Shown: positions 10,054 through 22,372, counted from the stretch's first letter. The stretch: DNA of 64,000 nucleotides from an uncultured Nitrososphaeraceae archaeon (GCA_963779615.1 CAVZZA010000003.1:384001-448000), one strand, 5' to 3'. Made by a program: numbers and translations. The notes: generated by a model from the sequence alone, not told the origin.

Positions 10054-10728
10054 TCATTTACAGAACTTTTTAGCATCCTCCGGCGAGAGATTATTACCTT
10101 TGCATATCCCCACAGGATAATTGATAATGTCTTGATTATCAGTAGAATTGCTTTGAATCTCAAAAGAATCGATCATTGTTTCTATAGGGGAAAGGTATTG
10201 ATTGTATTTTCCTTTTTCGGCAAGATATATGATGACATAGGCTTTGCCATCCTTTATGGTCCAAACCTCTAATGCCTGTAGTCCTTTATTATTGCCATAT
10301 GTCACATTGGTGCCAGGATAATTTGCAAGGGTAGTATTATCCGATTTGATGCTGGTAAGAGATTTGTTCTTTAAGTAACCAACTTGCATACTGCTATAAT
10401 CTTCTAGAGTTAGATTTGCGACTGGTAATTTATGGACATATATTCCAAGGCCTACAGCATATTTGCCAGAAGAGTCTGCAGGTGGGCGAAATGCAACAAC
10501 ATTGTCAACCCCTAAATTTTTTTTAGTCCAATTAGAAGGATATTCTATCTTTATTCCATGATTGGAGTTTTCGTATAACATGAAATCATTTCGTGTTGTA
10601 GTTTGAGCTAATGCCTGATGGGAATAATATACAAGTATGGGAGAAATCGAATAAAATGCGAGTAAAAAAAATAAAATTATAAAAGGGTGCAAAAATACAA
10701 CTTTTCCAATCCGTTTCTGCTTTGGCAA
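10054..10728 (-). CDS. Secreted PsbP-like protein
   Basis: N-terminal hydrophobic segment; YENSNHGIKIEYPSNW...MIDSFEI pattern. Confidence 0.75.
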   Translation of the reverse strand: MPKQKRIGKVVFLHPFIILFFLLAFYSISPILVYYSHQALAQTTTRNDFMLYENSNHGIKIEYPSNWTKKNLGVDNVVAFRPPADSSGKYAVGLGIYVHKLPVANLTLEDYSSMQVGYLKNKSLTSIKSDNTTLANYPGTNVTYGNNKGLQALEVWTIKDGKAYVIIYLAEKGKYNQYLSPIETMIDSFEIQSNSTDNQDIINYPVGICKGNNLSPEDAKKFCK

Positions 10729-10978
10729 TCCAGTTATAATTTGGTATAATGCATATTAATGCATTTTTGTTATTCTGGTATCAAAAAGAAATGCTTTGTA
10801 CCTATTCCGTACAACCTTTTTTTTATTGCTATATGTCTGTCATTCCAGCCATTTTTCGACTTATATTTTCAATGACTGACCTGGCCTTCGAATATGAAAT
10901 CAAATGAAATGCATTTTTTTACTTTTACGTGTGATGCTATATGGATACATTAAACCACTGCAGTTTAGGTTTTAACAC

Positions 10979-11431
10979 CTATACTATCATAGACATCAGA
11001 CCTAACGAGTATTTTAGAGATAGACCGACAAAATCCATCAGTGGCTGAATGTTTCTAGTATTAAATTCAGAAATATCTTTTGAGACGGTAAAATGGAGTT
11101 TAGAATTTGGAGGTATTATGAATCCCTTCAAAGGTTTTGTAAGCTCAGGTGTTTTTGGACTTTGTGTAAGCTCAGGTGTTTTTGGACTTTGTGTAAGCTC
11201 AGGTGTTTTTGGACTTTGTGTAAGCTCAGGTGTTTTTGGACTTTGTGTAAGCTCAGGTGTTTTTGGACTTTGTGTAAGCGGATGATTTGTGATACCTTTT
11301 GGAGGTGTAATTGGTTTTACTTCACGTTGAGCATCCGATTTGGTAATGATGTTGTTTGTTAGCAGCATCAGCACGGTTAAAATTAATAATGTTGTCGCTA
11401 AAGCCATAATCTCAGAATTGTATTTACTCAC
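10979..11431 (-). CDS. Secreted protein with TQSPKTPEL repeats (possibly truncated)
   Basis: Signal peptide followed by five 9-aa repeats. Confidence 0.55.
   Translation of the reverse strand: MSKYNSEIMALATTLLILTVLMLLTNNIITKSDAQREVKPITPPKGITNHPLTQSPKTPELTQSPKTPELTQSPKTPELTQSPKTPELTQSPKTPELTKPLKGFIIPPNSKLHFTVSKDISEFNTRNIQPLMDFVGLSLKYSLGLMSMIV
11139..11279. repeat. 27-bp tandem repeat, about 5 copies, coding
   Basis: GTAAGCTCAGGTGTTTTTGGACTTTGT head-to-tail with no spacers. Confidence 0.95.
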
Positions 11432-11633
11432 GCCCTATTGCATTCACAACTTCAAGATTGATAAGTATTGTCTTATTTTTAATAATAATTCGTTCTTACA
11501 CGCGATATTTCGTATGTCTTACTTCTTATTCGGACTGTCAAAACATGGGCTCTGAAATAGCCGTTAACAACAGCTAAAAATGGTCGACTTGACTAATTTT
11601 GTGTCATGTGGTTCATGCAGTAATCTTTTGGCA

Positions 11634-14078
11634 TCAACTCCTTTGGTTATTTTTAATATTTTCTAAATCTTGCTGAGCTATCTTTGCATCTGGAAGATTA
11701 AGATCTTGAAGTATACGATGCGCTTCTGATGTACAGTTAATGGCCTCATCATCCTTTTTTTGCTTGAGTAGAACTTTCCCCATATTCCACAAAGTAAAAG
11801 CTATACCAGACTGATTCCCTAGTTGCTTCTCTATGGATAGCCTCTCCTTGTATGCCTCTAACGCCTTGTCATAATCCCCCGTATAATAATAAACGCTGGC
11901 CATGCCATGCAATGTTTCAGATACACCTAATTGATTGCTAGCCTGCTTCGCTATTGACAAACTCTCTTTTAAGTGACTTAACGCCTCGTCATATTCCCCT
12001 CTGATTCGAAGAATGTTAGCAATATTATATAATGATGAATACAGGTATAATTGAATATTCGTAGTAGATCCACCTGGTTGATTGCTAGCCTGCTTCCATA
12101 TTGACAAGTTCTCCTTGTATATTTTTAACGCCTCGTCATATTCTTCTCTATCCTCATATATCGTAGCTCTCATATGATTTACCGCTGCGATACTGTATTC
12201 ATTCCCTGATTGCTGCTCAATCTGCATCTGATCGTCTAAAACTTTTAGCGCCTTGACATAATCTCGTTTCATATAGTGCATTTTAGCTATGCTGGACAGC
12301 ACATTGGCTCTGCCTTGGTCATTTTTGACATCTGAATAATATTTTAAAAGTAGTTGGTAATTGTCACCAGCATCCTCGTATCTTCCCCATACGACGAAAA
12401 CATAATTAGTTAAATCCAAAATGAGATTCATTTTTTTATCTTCAAAACCTTCTATGTGTTCTGAATCATCGATTGCCCTTTTGTAGCATCGTTCTGCAAG
12501 GTCAAGGTCTCCTATGCTAGAAGCATACCTCCCAATCTCGTTATTGCGACGGTATGATTCTTTAAGAGATTCAAGAGACCTTTTGGACATATGAAGATGA
12601 TATGCAGCTGAAATAGCTATCTTGTAACCATCCTGTGTTTGTAAGTTGCCATTGTCATCATGATCAGAATTGTCATGATATTGTTCATCTTTTTCTTCTA
12701 ATCCTGTTGTTCTTTCCATGTTATTTTTCTGTAATTCAATGAAGAACTTTGCAGCCAGATCATGGTATTGCCTATTTAATGAGTTGCCGAGGTCATCTTC
12801 AAAGCATCTTTTTATCAAATCATTTTTAAACCAGCTGTCAGTGTAGTTTTTGCTGTTATTTTTGACCAATGGATAAAAGATCCTGTTTTCAATGAGTTTT
12901 TCTATAAATGGATGCAGCTGAAATAGATCGCTTATTTCCAGATATGAGGCTAGTATCTCATCGTCACTGAAAGGTTGTTGCAGTATGGATAGGCGATACA
13001 GACTTTTTTCCATGTCGCTAGATAGTCCATCCTTTAGTTTGGTTATTTGATTACATAGTTCTTCTCTGTTTATGGTCTCATGGTCCTTACAGTCCGCAGA
13101 TGTTCTTATCCACTCCTCCAAAAGTATAGGCAGACCTGCCGAGTTCTCCTTTATTCTTTTCAAATCGGGAATCATGGGGAGGGAGATACCTCTGACCACC
13201 TGTATCCATTTGCCTATGTCTACGTCAGGCAAGCCCTGCAACTCCATTATTTTGCCATGGATCTCTCTTTTTACTTTGTCTCTTAACTCTTCAAACAGGG
13301 CTTTAAGGGAAGAATCCAGTATTACTCTTTCATCGGTGCTAAAAGACACTATGATGTGAAATCTTTCTTCAATCATCAAAAACTTGGCAAAGTTTAAGAA
13401 AAAGTCAATCGAGGCCTTGCCTACATACTCAAACTGATCAAATATTAATACAAACTTTCAATCCTTAAATTCATCCAAAAGAGTTTTAAATATTTCTATA
13501 ATTGATTCCCTGGCCTCGTCTTTGTGCTCTGCTACATAACTTTGAGCTAATAACAGGCCTGTCTTCTCCGCTCCTATGGATTTGACTATATTCTTTCCAA
13601 CTTCAAATGTTTGCCCAAAACCTGCTTTCTTGGCTACATCTTCCAATACTGCGAGCCCTATCTTTTTTCCTTGCTCTTTAGCAGACTTTAGAAATCCATT
13701 CTTAACTCTGGTTAGGGCAGTGTCTATTCTTTCGCCAAGATTTTGAGATTCTTTTGCTGTTTTCGCCAGGGTCTCTAAAGCAATTTTGAAAGGATAGATT
13801 AGTGACTCGGACTCGGCTATCAGGGATTCCTTTCTGCTGTAGTAGCCTACAAATGTGTTGTTTATTAGATTGTGGTCATTGCCTTTATTTGTAAGCCTTC
13901 TATAAATCTCATCCAAAAGTGCAGACTTGCCTATGCCCGAATCTCCCGTTACAAGCCATGCACTGGTGCCTTGGTCATTCTGGATGCCATCAAGTAATTC
14001 AGAAATCTCATTATTCCTGCCAAAAAGTAAACTCTTTGCAGCCACATCATCATCGGCAGAGGCGACATTATTAGTCAA
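11634..14078 (-). pseudogene. P-loop NTPase (AAA_16/STAND-like) plus TPR protein, one in-frame TGA at 13458-13460
   Basis: FGRNNEI..VTGDSGIGKS Walker A; FDQFE Walker B lies after the stop; GLPILL; C-terminal TPRs. The paralog has CGA at the stop position. Confidence 0.85.
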
Positions 14079-14384
14079 TTAGGATCACCATATGTTTTCT
14101 GTAATTGTTGCCAATGGCATAAAGATTGCTGCAATACCCAAACTATTAATAGAAGTGGTAATAGTGATGTCAGGATAGTTCAATTAAACTCTAAAAAATT
14201 GTCTTAACGGCTTCTGTGGGTACGTAAATACTTGGATTACCATAAGAGGAATAGATAATCAGCATCATCCGGAAACATTCCTTATTTAAGAGGCATTTTC
14301 ACATTAAAATAATTATTTGTAGTTTTTTTTCTCATTTTTAGTCTAAATATATATGTTGTTACTAAATTCATAACAAGGTAGGAA

Positions 14385-14562
14385 ATTTGTCTCCAATATC
14401 TCCGGTATCTCCGGGTAAGCACAAATATGCACAAAAAACCCGGACATAACTTATCTCCTAAACAAGTTGTCTCCGGTTTTGCAAAGTTGTCTCCGGACAA
14501 TAACCGATAAAACAAGCACAAGTTCACTATTTCCGGATACACCGGAGACATCGGAGACATTT
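14385..14562 (+). repeat. Repeat R2
   Basis: TTTGTCTCCAATATCTCCGGTATCTCCGG...TCCGGATACACCGGAGACATCGGAGACATTT. Confidence 0.95.
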
Positions 14563-14947
14563 TTGGTATACTCTGGGAGGACACTAAGAAACAGTAAAGA
14601 TTGGGGTTCAACAATTGCAATTTTTATGAATCATCATCAGTGTAAGATATTCAAACCAAAGACACTAATCGATTGTAAAAAATAACCGCTTAATCAAAAA
14701 AGCTATGTGCCATTTCAACATATTTATAAACATAACCTTGGCATTTTCTTCAAAGAATTCTGAATATTCCAATGGAACAGACGAAGACATGTTTGGCAAC
14801 AAGATAAGAATACTAAGAAGGTAAAATCATAAGACTTCTAATTAGAACAAAGAGTGAACGATGGATAAGCTGGCGCAGTTTTTACAATGAAAATCTTTAT
14901 TAAGGATTATTCAACCTTTGAGAAGGTTTATTGATAAAACTGGTTGT

Positions 14948-16534
14948 TTACCATTTTATTGGCCTTCCTACAGTAGTAGAAGAATCATCCTTGTTTTGAG
15001 ATGAATTATCATTGTTTTCTATATCTGTAGCTTTAGCACTCTTTTTGTCTATACCGGCGTTTTCTTCTGCTTTGTTGTCCTCTTGTTCACTTTTTTTTCT
15101 ATAGAATACTCTGGTCTTCAATAGAGAATGGACGTTGTCTCTTATCTCCCTCAATTCGTTCATTTCAATGCGAGGTAACCTTTTGCTGATCGAAGGAATA
15201 CTGGAAATCTTGTGGTCCGCACAATAGAACCTGGAGTCCTCATTGATGATGTGCTTACTGCAGACTGCCGCTCCACACATCTCGCATACGGCATATGTCT
15301 TTCTGGCTTCCTTTTCAGGATCCTTTGAGCACAAATCTATTTCATCCTTAAACAGAAAATTGGTGCTGGCAATGGACTCTCTTTTATATGTTAAACCTAG
15401 TGTTTCAATCACCAAAGACCATTTAGGCACATAAATTTCATCATATCCCAAAACATTGACAGAGCTGTAATCAACCTTTTTTGAGTCCACTATCTCCTCC
15501 ACTATTCTTCTCTCGGCCGCTTCAATGGGATAAGCCGGGTTATGCACAACAATATTGTATTGAACATTTTTCTTGACTTTGTAGTTTTTCCTTGGTGTTG
15601 TATTCATGATTGAATGTATTATCAGGTTTTCCTCATGCCTTGTCATTTCCTCGCCTATCTCAGAGTCAACGTATTTTCTATTTCCTTTGGAAAACATGAA
15701 GGGCTTGATATCTTGACTAAGGTCTGTTTCATACAGTATTTTTCCATCTATGGCGTTTACTATGTATATCTCGTCTTCAACAAATAGCTCTTTTTTGCCC
15801 AGCCATTTCTTTTTCTCCTCCTTTGTGGAAATCTTTATTGTATAAAAAGGAAAGAAGATCAATTCTGATTCTGCTATGGTTGCCTGTTGCGGGTTCACCA
15901 GCTTGATTTTCTTTATCATGTCATACTGGATGAGAATTGGGAGAGAGTTTTTTACTGTGACCTCATCATCGGCGTCGGCATCATCTTTAATGATGTTCGG
16001 CTTGGTGCTTCTGTTTGCATACTGGTCATTGTTTAGCCTGCCTATGGTTGACAGATAATGGATTTTGCTCAGGTTTTCGCCATCCCACAATCGAATGTTG
16101 TAGTGGTTGGCATAGTTAGTTGCCTCGGGTGTAAATCTAGAGTTAGTTACAAAAACGCCTTCAGAAATGTGTGGAAGATCGTCAAGCTTGCTTTTGAAAT
16201 CCCTTATTTCTTTGATGCTCACGGGAATATTGTAGTTCTTGCACTCAAATGCAACAATGTTTGTTCCATTGTATGCGAGAATGTCTATTTCATGATACGT
16301 TCCACTGGTTCCTATCATCTTTTTCCTTTTTTCCGTGTTTAGGTAACCAGTCCTCAATATGGTGTCCTCCAAAAAGTTTTCAAGGTTTATCCCCAGGTTG
16401 TATGTCCTTGATTGCTCCCCAAGACTCTTTAAACCGTCTTTTAAGTTGTTTTTGTTCGCCAGACTGCTGTTGCAGTTATAACATACCAAAGCGGTAGGCT
16501 GAATCACTTCACCACAGCTGGGACAAAAACTCAT
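14948..16534 (-). CDS. Zinc-ribbon plus Mrr-like PD-(D/E)xK restriction endonuclease domain protein
   Basis: CPSC..CYNC; EIDILA..FECKNY..VTNSRFTPEA..LWDG; C-terminal CEMC..CSKH..CADH finger. Confidence 0.85.
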   Translation of the reverse strand: MSFCPSCGEVIQPTALVCYNCNSSLANKNNLKDGLKSLGEQSRTYNLGINLENFLEDTILRTGYLNTEKRKKMIGTSGTYHEIDILAYNGTNIVAFECKNYNIPVSIKEIRDFKSKLDDLPHISEGVFVTNSRFTPEATNYANHYNIRLWDGENLSKIHYLSTIGRLNNDQYANRSTKPNIIKDDADADDEVTVKNSLPILIQYDMIKKIKLVNPQQATIAESELIFFPFYTIKISTKEEKKKWLGKKELFVEDEIYIVNAIDGKILYETDLSQDIKPFMFSKGNRKYVDSEIGEEMTRHEENLIIHSIMNTTPRKNYKVKKNVQYNIVVHNPAYPIEAAERRIVEEIVDSKKVDYSSVNVLGYDEIYVPKWSLVIETLGLTYKRESIASTNFLFKDEIDLCSKDPEKEARKTYAVCEMCGAAVCSKHIINEDSRFYCADHKISSIPSISKRLPRIEMNELREIRDNVHSLLKTRVFYRKKSEQEDNKAEENAGIDKKSAKATDIENNDNSSQNKDDSSTTVGRPIKW

Positions 16535-16674
16535 AATGGATATTGAGAATTGTTCTATTAAACAATTTCTTTTTCTTTGTGATTAAATAATATTTTCACA
16601 AGAACTAGCTTCGTGTTGCAATAACGTTTTACTTCATGGAACTTGACATATGCTAATATCCATAACAACACAAA

Positions 16675-16852
16675 ATTTGTCTCCAATGTCTCAGGTATCT
16701 CCGGGTAAGCACAAATATGCACAAAAAACCCGGACATAACTTCTCTACTGATTAATTTGTCTCCGGGTTTCCAAAGTTATATCCGGATTAAAAAAAATAA
16801 ATTTAAGCATAAATTTTAGTATTCCGGAGACAGCGGATATAGCGGAGACATA
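16675..16852 (+). repeat. Repeat R3
   Basis: TTTGTCTCCAATGTCTCAGGTATCTCCGG...TCCGGAGACAGCGGATATAGCGGAGACAT. Confidence 0.95.
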
Positions 16853-17136
16853 TTCAAGAAACTGGAGGAAGAAGGAGAGGATAAAATCAAAGGCAGCTCA
16901 GGTGTATCTACAAATTCTAATATGGACCGTCTAATTGCATACAGGAGCCCTTTTATTATTGCAAACAACATCCTATAGTCCAAAATATTTACAAAGAAAT
17001 AGGTTTCATGTCCTACATTCCACGATGCATAAATTCTCTGGATAGCGGAAGTGCCAATAGGAGTCCTATAGGGTGTAGAATTAGTATTTACATGACATGT
17101 TCACGGCCTCTTGTCGTGGACTTCTTCGGGCATGCC

Positions 17137-18486
17137 TCATTTTGGGTTACGGTGCTTATCTAGTTCCTTTATTATGTCATCCAGGTAGTGTTTGGCATCT
17201 TCTTCTGAAAGACTTGGTTGTACACCAACCTCCCCAACCACCTTGTCATGGTGTTCTTTAACCAGGTCTGCCACCTTATCTTCCAGTAGGGCATTCATTT
17301 GTGCCCTGCCTATACTGTCTAACAGTTTTAACTCCTTTACAGCTGCTCTTCGTATCGACTTTAGTAATTTTGCGTCCTCCGATATTGAAATTGCTGATGA
17401 GTATAATCCCACATAGAAAACAAAAGACGCCAACCCTAAAGACGCGCCCGTAGCCATTCCAAATGGCGGGTATGGGATAAACAGGATATTGGCAATAATG
17501 GGTAGAAACAGCATGGCCACACCATAACCAGATATATCAAGAAAATCAGCAACAATGCTTTGTCGAATTTGGCGTATACCTCTTGCTAGCGCCAAAAATG
17601 AGACACCAAACAGCATCCCTCCAGCTATAGTGGCCAAAACAGTTAGAACCCTGAATAAAACTCCATCCTGTTCATAAAAGGTAAAATTGGCATTTGGGAT
17701 TCCAATCAAGGTATGGACCTGCCCTATCAGGACAAAAACTGGAGGAAGAAAGATAACCATCCAATAGGCCGTGGATTTTCCTAATCTGCGAGAGTACCTG
17801 TAGAGCAAAACTGCAGAAACAACCCACAAAAGCAGAAAACTGGTGATCAAAAGTATCACTGCTGCATTCAATAAATTGCCACTGATATCTGTCGTCAAAT
17901 GAGACGAATTATCAATAGACAAGTCATCCTGGAATTGCACTGATGATGATTTTTTCATCACTGGGGCATTCAAAAACACACCAGCCACACCGGTGTCCAA
18001 TGCGGTGCTGCCAATCAGCATAAATGCAATTGCCACGCCATACAAAAACACAATAGTGTTTTGTTTACTGGACCTGTACCATGAAAAGAATCTGCATGCC
18101 AGTAGCCCCAATGAAATGTAAAACGGTATGGAACTGACTACTGAAGAGATTATTAGCAATGGAGTAAAATATTGCGATGTTGACACCATTTGGATAACCG
18201 TAAAAAGAAATATCGCGATAATCAATAACTGTACTATAACTGTTAACTCGTATACTTTATTGAATGCCGAGTTAGTTGTTCTAAGGTGCTCACTTTGCTT
18301 TTTTAAAGGTCCCAAAAGAAGGATTAGCCCAACAACAAGTATAATGGCTGAAACAGATATGAAGAATGCTAGTCCCCAACTAGAATCCACCTCCCTACTG
18401 ATAAAGTCATAAATGTTAGAGGTTATGGTATCGATTATTAACGCACCAATCAAAATCAGCATTATGATAAAGGTTGTTATGTTCAT
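17137..18486 (-). CDS. Multi-pass membrane protein of unknown function
   Basis: 449 aa with about ten hydrophobic segments and a charged helical C-terminus. Confidence 0.85.
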   Translation of the reverse strand: MNITTFIIMLILIGALIIDTITSNIYDFISREVDSSWGLAFFISVSAIILVVGLILLLGPLKKQSEHLRTTNSAFNKVYELTVIVQLLIIAIFLFTVIQMVSTSQYFTPLLIISSVVSSIPFYISLGLLACRFFSWYRSSKQNTIVFLYGVAIAFMLIGSTALDTGVAGVFLNAPVMKKSSSVQFQDDLSIDNSSHLTTDISGNLLNAAVILLITSFLLLWVVSAVLLYRYSRRLGKSTAYWMVIFLPPVFVLIGQVHTLIGIPNANFTFYEQDGVLFRVLTVLATIAGGMLFGVSFLALARGIRQIRQSIVADFLDISGYGVAMLFLPIIANILFIPYPPFGMATGASLGLASFVFYVGLYSSAISISEDAKLLKSIRRAAVKELKLLDSIGRAQMNALLEDKVADLVKEHHDKVVGEVGVQPSLSEEDAKHYLDDIIKELDKHRNPK

Positions 18487-19126
18487 GTACGGTAATCTCC
18501 TCTATGGATAATAGTACAGATTCCCCCAAATATGAGATCGCATTTTCCATCACCGTTAGCATCGTCATCAAATCCTGTCTCATTCATAAGGAATACTCAT
18601 CATAATTGAAGGGAACGTTTATCACATTCTTAACTGGGTATGCCCCAAGAGGATCATCGCGCTCTGATTTATAATAATGACTTTTTGAGACATCGTAACA
18701 ATAAAAGAACATCCATGTTGTAAAGGCTTGGGGCGCCAGCATGTTGTCTTCAGGATTGTACAGATTGTAAAAATGCACCGATGGTAAGTTTGTCTTGGTG
18801 AATCATGCTTCCGTCTGCTGTACCAAACGACCAGCGGGTGGATGCATTAAAATGATAAGCCTGTGCAAGAACGCCATCTATCGAATAACTAACTGTCAGT
18901 AACATTAGCAGGGGGACAAATAATGCACAAATAATTGAGACGTATCCAGATTTTTTATGTTTATGGAAAAGCCATGTTTTGTACAAATCAATGTGGTTGT
19001 CACTATTGTTTGTATTTGGGTTCAATTCCACTTTTATACATTATTAATCCCTTATCTTAAACTTTTATTTTTGAAAGATATGATTGGGAAGTTACATTGG
19101 GTATATTACATGTTGAGCATTGAGAA

Positions 19127-19302
19127 TTTTGTCTCCAATGTATCCGGTACCTCCGGCTGAGCACAAATAGTCACAGAAAATCCGGACATAACTTATCTCC
19201 TGTTTAACTTCTCTCCGGACTTATAGGTTATCTCCGGCTAACAACACAGATTTAAGCGTAAAATCTATAGTTCCGGAGACATCGGACACACCGGAGACAT
19301 TT
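19127..19302 (+). repeat. Repeat R4
   Basis: TTTGTCTCCAATGTATCCGGTACCTCCGG...TCCGGAGACATCGGACACACCGGAGACATTT. Confidence 0.95.
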
Positions 19303-19434
19303 TTGGTATACTCGTGGGAAGATGACAGGATGAAAGTTGCGGATTAACAGAATGTTTTCAGGTGAGCGGGCAAGTAAGGCTACTGAGGATATAGTAGACT
19401 ATTCATTCAAGATTAAAATTTAAATTTAATATAA

Positions 19435-19582
19435 AGACCTCTTGCGTAATTAGAGAGGGGCCAAAACTTTACAAATTTCTTGTGCTTTTTAATAATATTT
19501 ATAATTTTAAGTCTGAATTCTAGTCAATAAGCAGGCATTGTTTTAGATATTTTTCTAGTAGTGCTAATTACGCAAGAGGTCT
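19435..19582. mobile_element. 148-bp MITE related to the IS5-family elements in this window
   Basis: Perfect 19-bp terminal inverted repeat AGACCTCTTGCGTAATTAG, TAA target duplication, no ORF; the IS left end is AGATCTCTTGCATAATTAG. Confidence 0.88.
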
Positions 19583-19601
19583 TAATTAGATCTCTTAAAA
19601 C

Positions 19602-20882
19602 ATGTCCATAAAGTTAGTTCCGATAAGTATGTTATTACTCTCGATAACAATAGTGTTAGTAGGGACTTTTTTATTTGAATATCCCTTATTCCATCCAGTC
19701 GCAGCTATATCACAATCGCCGCCATCATTATATCCACCATCACAACCACAATCATCAAAACAACAGACCTTACCTTCCAACACCTTCTCCCACACTCCTG
19801 TCACCCTCCCCATCAACATCACCAACACTACATCCAACACTATCAACGGCACCACATTATTCAATTTACAAAGCCATCTCCTTAACTCGGTATTCAACCG
19901 GGTCCAGAATTCCATAGTTCAGATAACTTCCAAAATGCCTGCCATTACACCATCAAACCCTTCTCCTCCTTCAACCAATCCTAATGAAGATCACAATGCA
20001 ACCGCGTTGGGTTCGGGCTTTGTATATGATACCAAAGGACACATAATTACCAATTACCATGTAGTTAGCAATGCCAAAACAGTTGATGTCACATTTATAG
20101 ATGGAAACAGGTATACTGCCTCCATAGTGGGCAATGACACACTTGGCGATTTGGCAGTTATAAAGATTGTGGAAAAGTTGAACAAACCCGTTGTTCCCCT
20201 CAGCATTGCCAATTCTTCTAGTCTTAAGGTAGGAGACCAAGTCATAGCAATAGGAAACCCCTATGGTTTAGACAACACTATGACAACAGGGATAGTAAGT
20301 CAGACAGGGCGCCTAATTCAGGAACCTTCTGAAATCTCAATCACCGATGCCATTCAAACTGATGCATCAATAAATCCGGGTAACTCTGGAGGTCCGCTGC
20401 TGAACATAAAGGGACAGGTTATTGGAATAAACACAGCAGGCGAATCTGAAAGGGTAGCATTTGCAGTATCTTCCAACACCGTCCTAAAAGAAGTACCCAT
20501 TCTTATACAAAAGGGGAACTTTACTCACTCTTACATAGGAATAAATGGCACCACACTTACTTCTGACCTATCCTCACAATTTAAGAACATATCAAAAACT
20601 TTCAGAGGGGTGCATGTCAACACAATTGTAAAAGACGGACCAGCTGATAAGGCGGGATTGCGTGGTGCTATAACAGATTATTACGGCCAAAAGCATGGTG
20701 GAGACATAATTACAGCAGTCAATAACCAAAACATGGCAGAAGTAGACCAATTGGTTACGTATATCGATCAGCATACTAGGCCTGGAGATGCAATAACATT
20801 AACGGTATACAGAGATGGACACCTTACAGATTTGAAAGTAAATACCATGGCAAGACCTTTATCATCAATATCCCCTCAATAA
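19602..20882 (+). CDS. HtrA/DegP-family serine protease with PDZ domain
   Basis: GSGF..ITNYHVV..DLAV..QTDASINPGNSGGPL; N-terminal TM segment; C-terminal PDZ. Confidence 0.95.
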   Translation: MSIKLVPISMLLLSITIVLVGTFLFEYPLFHPVAAISQSPPSLYPPSQPQSSKQQTLPSNTFSHTPVTLPINITNTTSNTINGTTLFNLQSHLLNSVFNRVQNSIVQITSKMPAITPSNPSPPSTNPNEDHNATALGSGFVYDTKGHIITNYHVVSNAKTVDVTFIDGNRYTASIVGNDTLGDLAVIKIVEKLNKPVVPLSIANSSSLKVGDQVIAIGNPYGLDNTMTTGIVSQTGRLIQEPSEISITDAIQTDASINPGNSGGPLLNIKGQVIGINTAGESERVAFAVSSNTVLKEVPILIQKGNFTHSYIGINGTTLTSDLSSQFKNISKTFRGVHVNTIVKDGPADKAGLRGAITDYYGQKHGGDIITAVNNQNMAEVDQLVTYIDQHTRPGDAITLTVYRDGHLTDLKVNTMARPLSSISPQ

Positions 20883-21399
20883 CCCACCTGCAATCAACAG
20901 AACAGAAACAACAAAGAATTGGGAGAATATCTGCAATATAGGTAGTAAGCAGTATGGGTCATCCACCGCATAAGGCAAAGGAATTGTGGCCTTGGGGACT
21001 GCAGAGTTTTTCTTTCTCCCTCTCATCTTTCAGAGCCCCTGTCTTTGGCTGCGGCTATGGCTCCAGTGCCTTGTCTGTCAGTCCATTCCCTTCAAACCGA
21101 CCTTTCTATTGATATGTCTCTGATGACTACAGCGGTCGGTTTAGATGTTCAAAGGGAACACCTTGCATCGACAGTCATATTTTCATGTATCCGGTCCATT
21201 AATAGAATGAAAATTCCAATCAATGCCGTTCCATCTGTTAGCAATCTATGACCCATAAAACCGATTTTTGAGTATCTTTCGAGGTGACTTTTTTCTTTGA
21301 AGGCCAGTATAATGAAGATGAGATATATACCTGCTTTACTTTTTATGCCTTCAAGTCCCTTGTAAGGAGGTAATCGAGCCTTAATACGTTATCCAGAAT

Positions 21400-22160
21400 A
21401 TAGGCGTTGTTGCTTGCAAAACGTCATTACGAAGAGATTCAATCATTTGGGCATCTTTGAGCATTTGGATGGTCTGTATTAACGAGCTGGATTTTATGCT
21501 AGACATTTTCCACCAGTGATTGGGACTCGAGACAGGTTTATTCCCCGCTCCACGTTCAGTGGATGTTTTTTACACTGTTGCCAAGACGTTTTTGTACAAC
21601 TTCAGGAATTCCCCATAGCATTGGAGAAGGTGGTGGTGGTGGTGGTTGTGATGGACCATGGGCGTTAGGATAATAAGGCATGTATTTTGCCATCGCTTCA
21701 AACATTCTCCAATTTGCCAGTTCAGGCGGCCACGTTGCAAATGCAATACGGTCACCACCCTTTTTGTAACTCGTAGCATTCCTTTATTGCTATTTCGGGG
21801 TAAGGAGCAAACATGTGTCCAAAGCTTGATAACACCACATCAAATGATTCATCCTCAAAAGGAAGATCTTCTACATTTTCTTCTTTCCATTCTATATCAC
21901 CAGCTTCCGCCAAAGATGCTTCCGACTTTGCTTGGGTTAGCATCTGGTGAGTGATCTCTATGCCTGTTACCTTGGCGCCTTTTCTTCTAGTGGTTATTGT
22001 CATATTTCCAGTACCACATGCTACATCCAGAACACAATTATCAGGAGATGTTGCATAATTTTACCAAGTGCGCAGAAACAGGAAGAAGGAAGAGCAATTT
22101 CGTTGTGAGAGCCTAGACTCTATACTGTCTTTGACTTTGGTAGAGGCTCATCACCCATAT
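21400..22160 (-). pseudogene. Class I SAM-dependent methyltransferase remnant
   Basis: VLDVACGTGN and EDLPFEDESFDVVLSSFGHMFAP spread over broken frames; boundaries approximate. Confidence 0.75.
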
Positions 22161-22372
22161 TGTAAATCAGTTTTTTCTTTCTTTTAGTATTTGATAAACT
22201 GATGGCGCCAAAACCCATGAGCAAAGGATGGGTCAGTCTCATGATCATGAAATGTGGATATAGTTATTTTGGCAAATTCAATATTCTAATTCTATCATGA
22301 TTTAATCTGTCAAGACAAACATTAAAGATTTAAGGAATGTAGATAAATGCAACAAAATTATTTGTAAACATT

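Noticed and set aside
11139..11279. Possible CRISPR array
   Set aside because: The 27-bp units are contiguous with no spacers, encode TQSPKTPEL, and no cas genes are present.
13458..13460. Programmed TGA readthrough or selenocysteine
   Set aside because: The paralog has CGA (Arg) here, so a C-to-T nonsense change is simpler.
14269..14293. Possible stray right arm of truncated R1 (CCGGAAACATTCC..GAGG)
   Set aside because: Too short and degenerate to distinguish from chance.
14282..14685. ORFs over repeat copies (also 25854-26072, 31727-31978, 28900-29287)
   Set aside because: Strand and frame are inconsistent between copies, so they are likely by-products of the stop-poor repeat.
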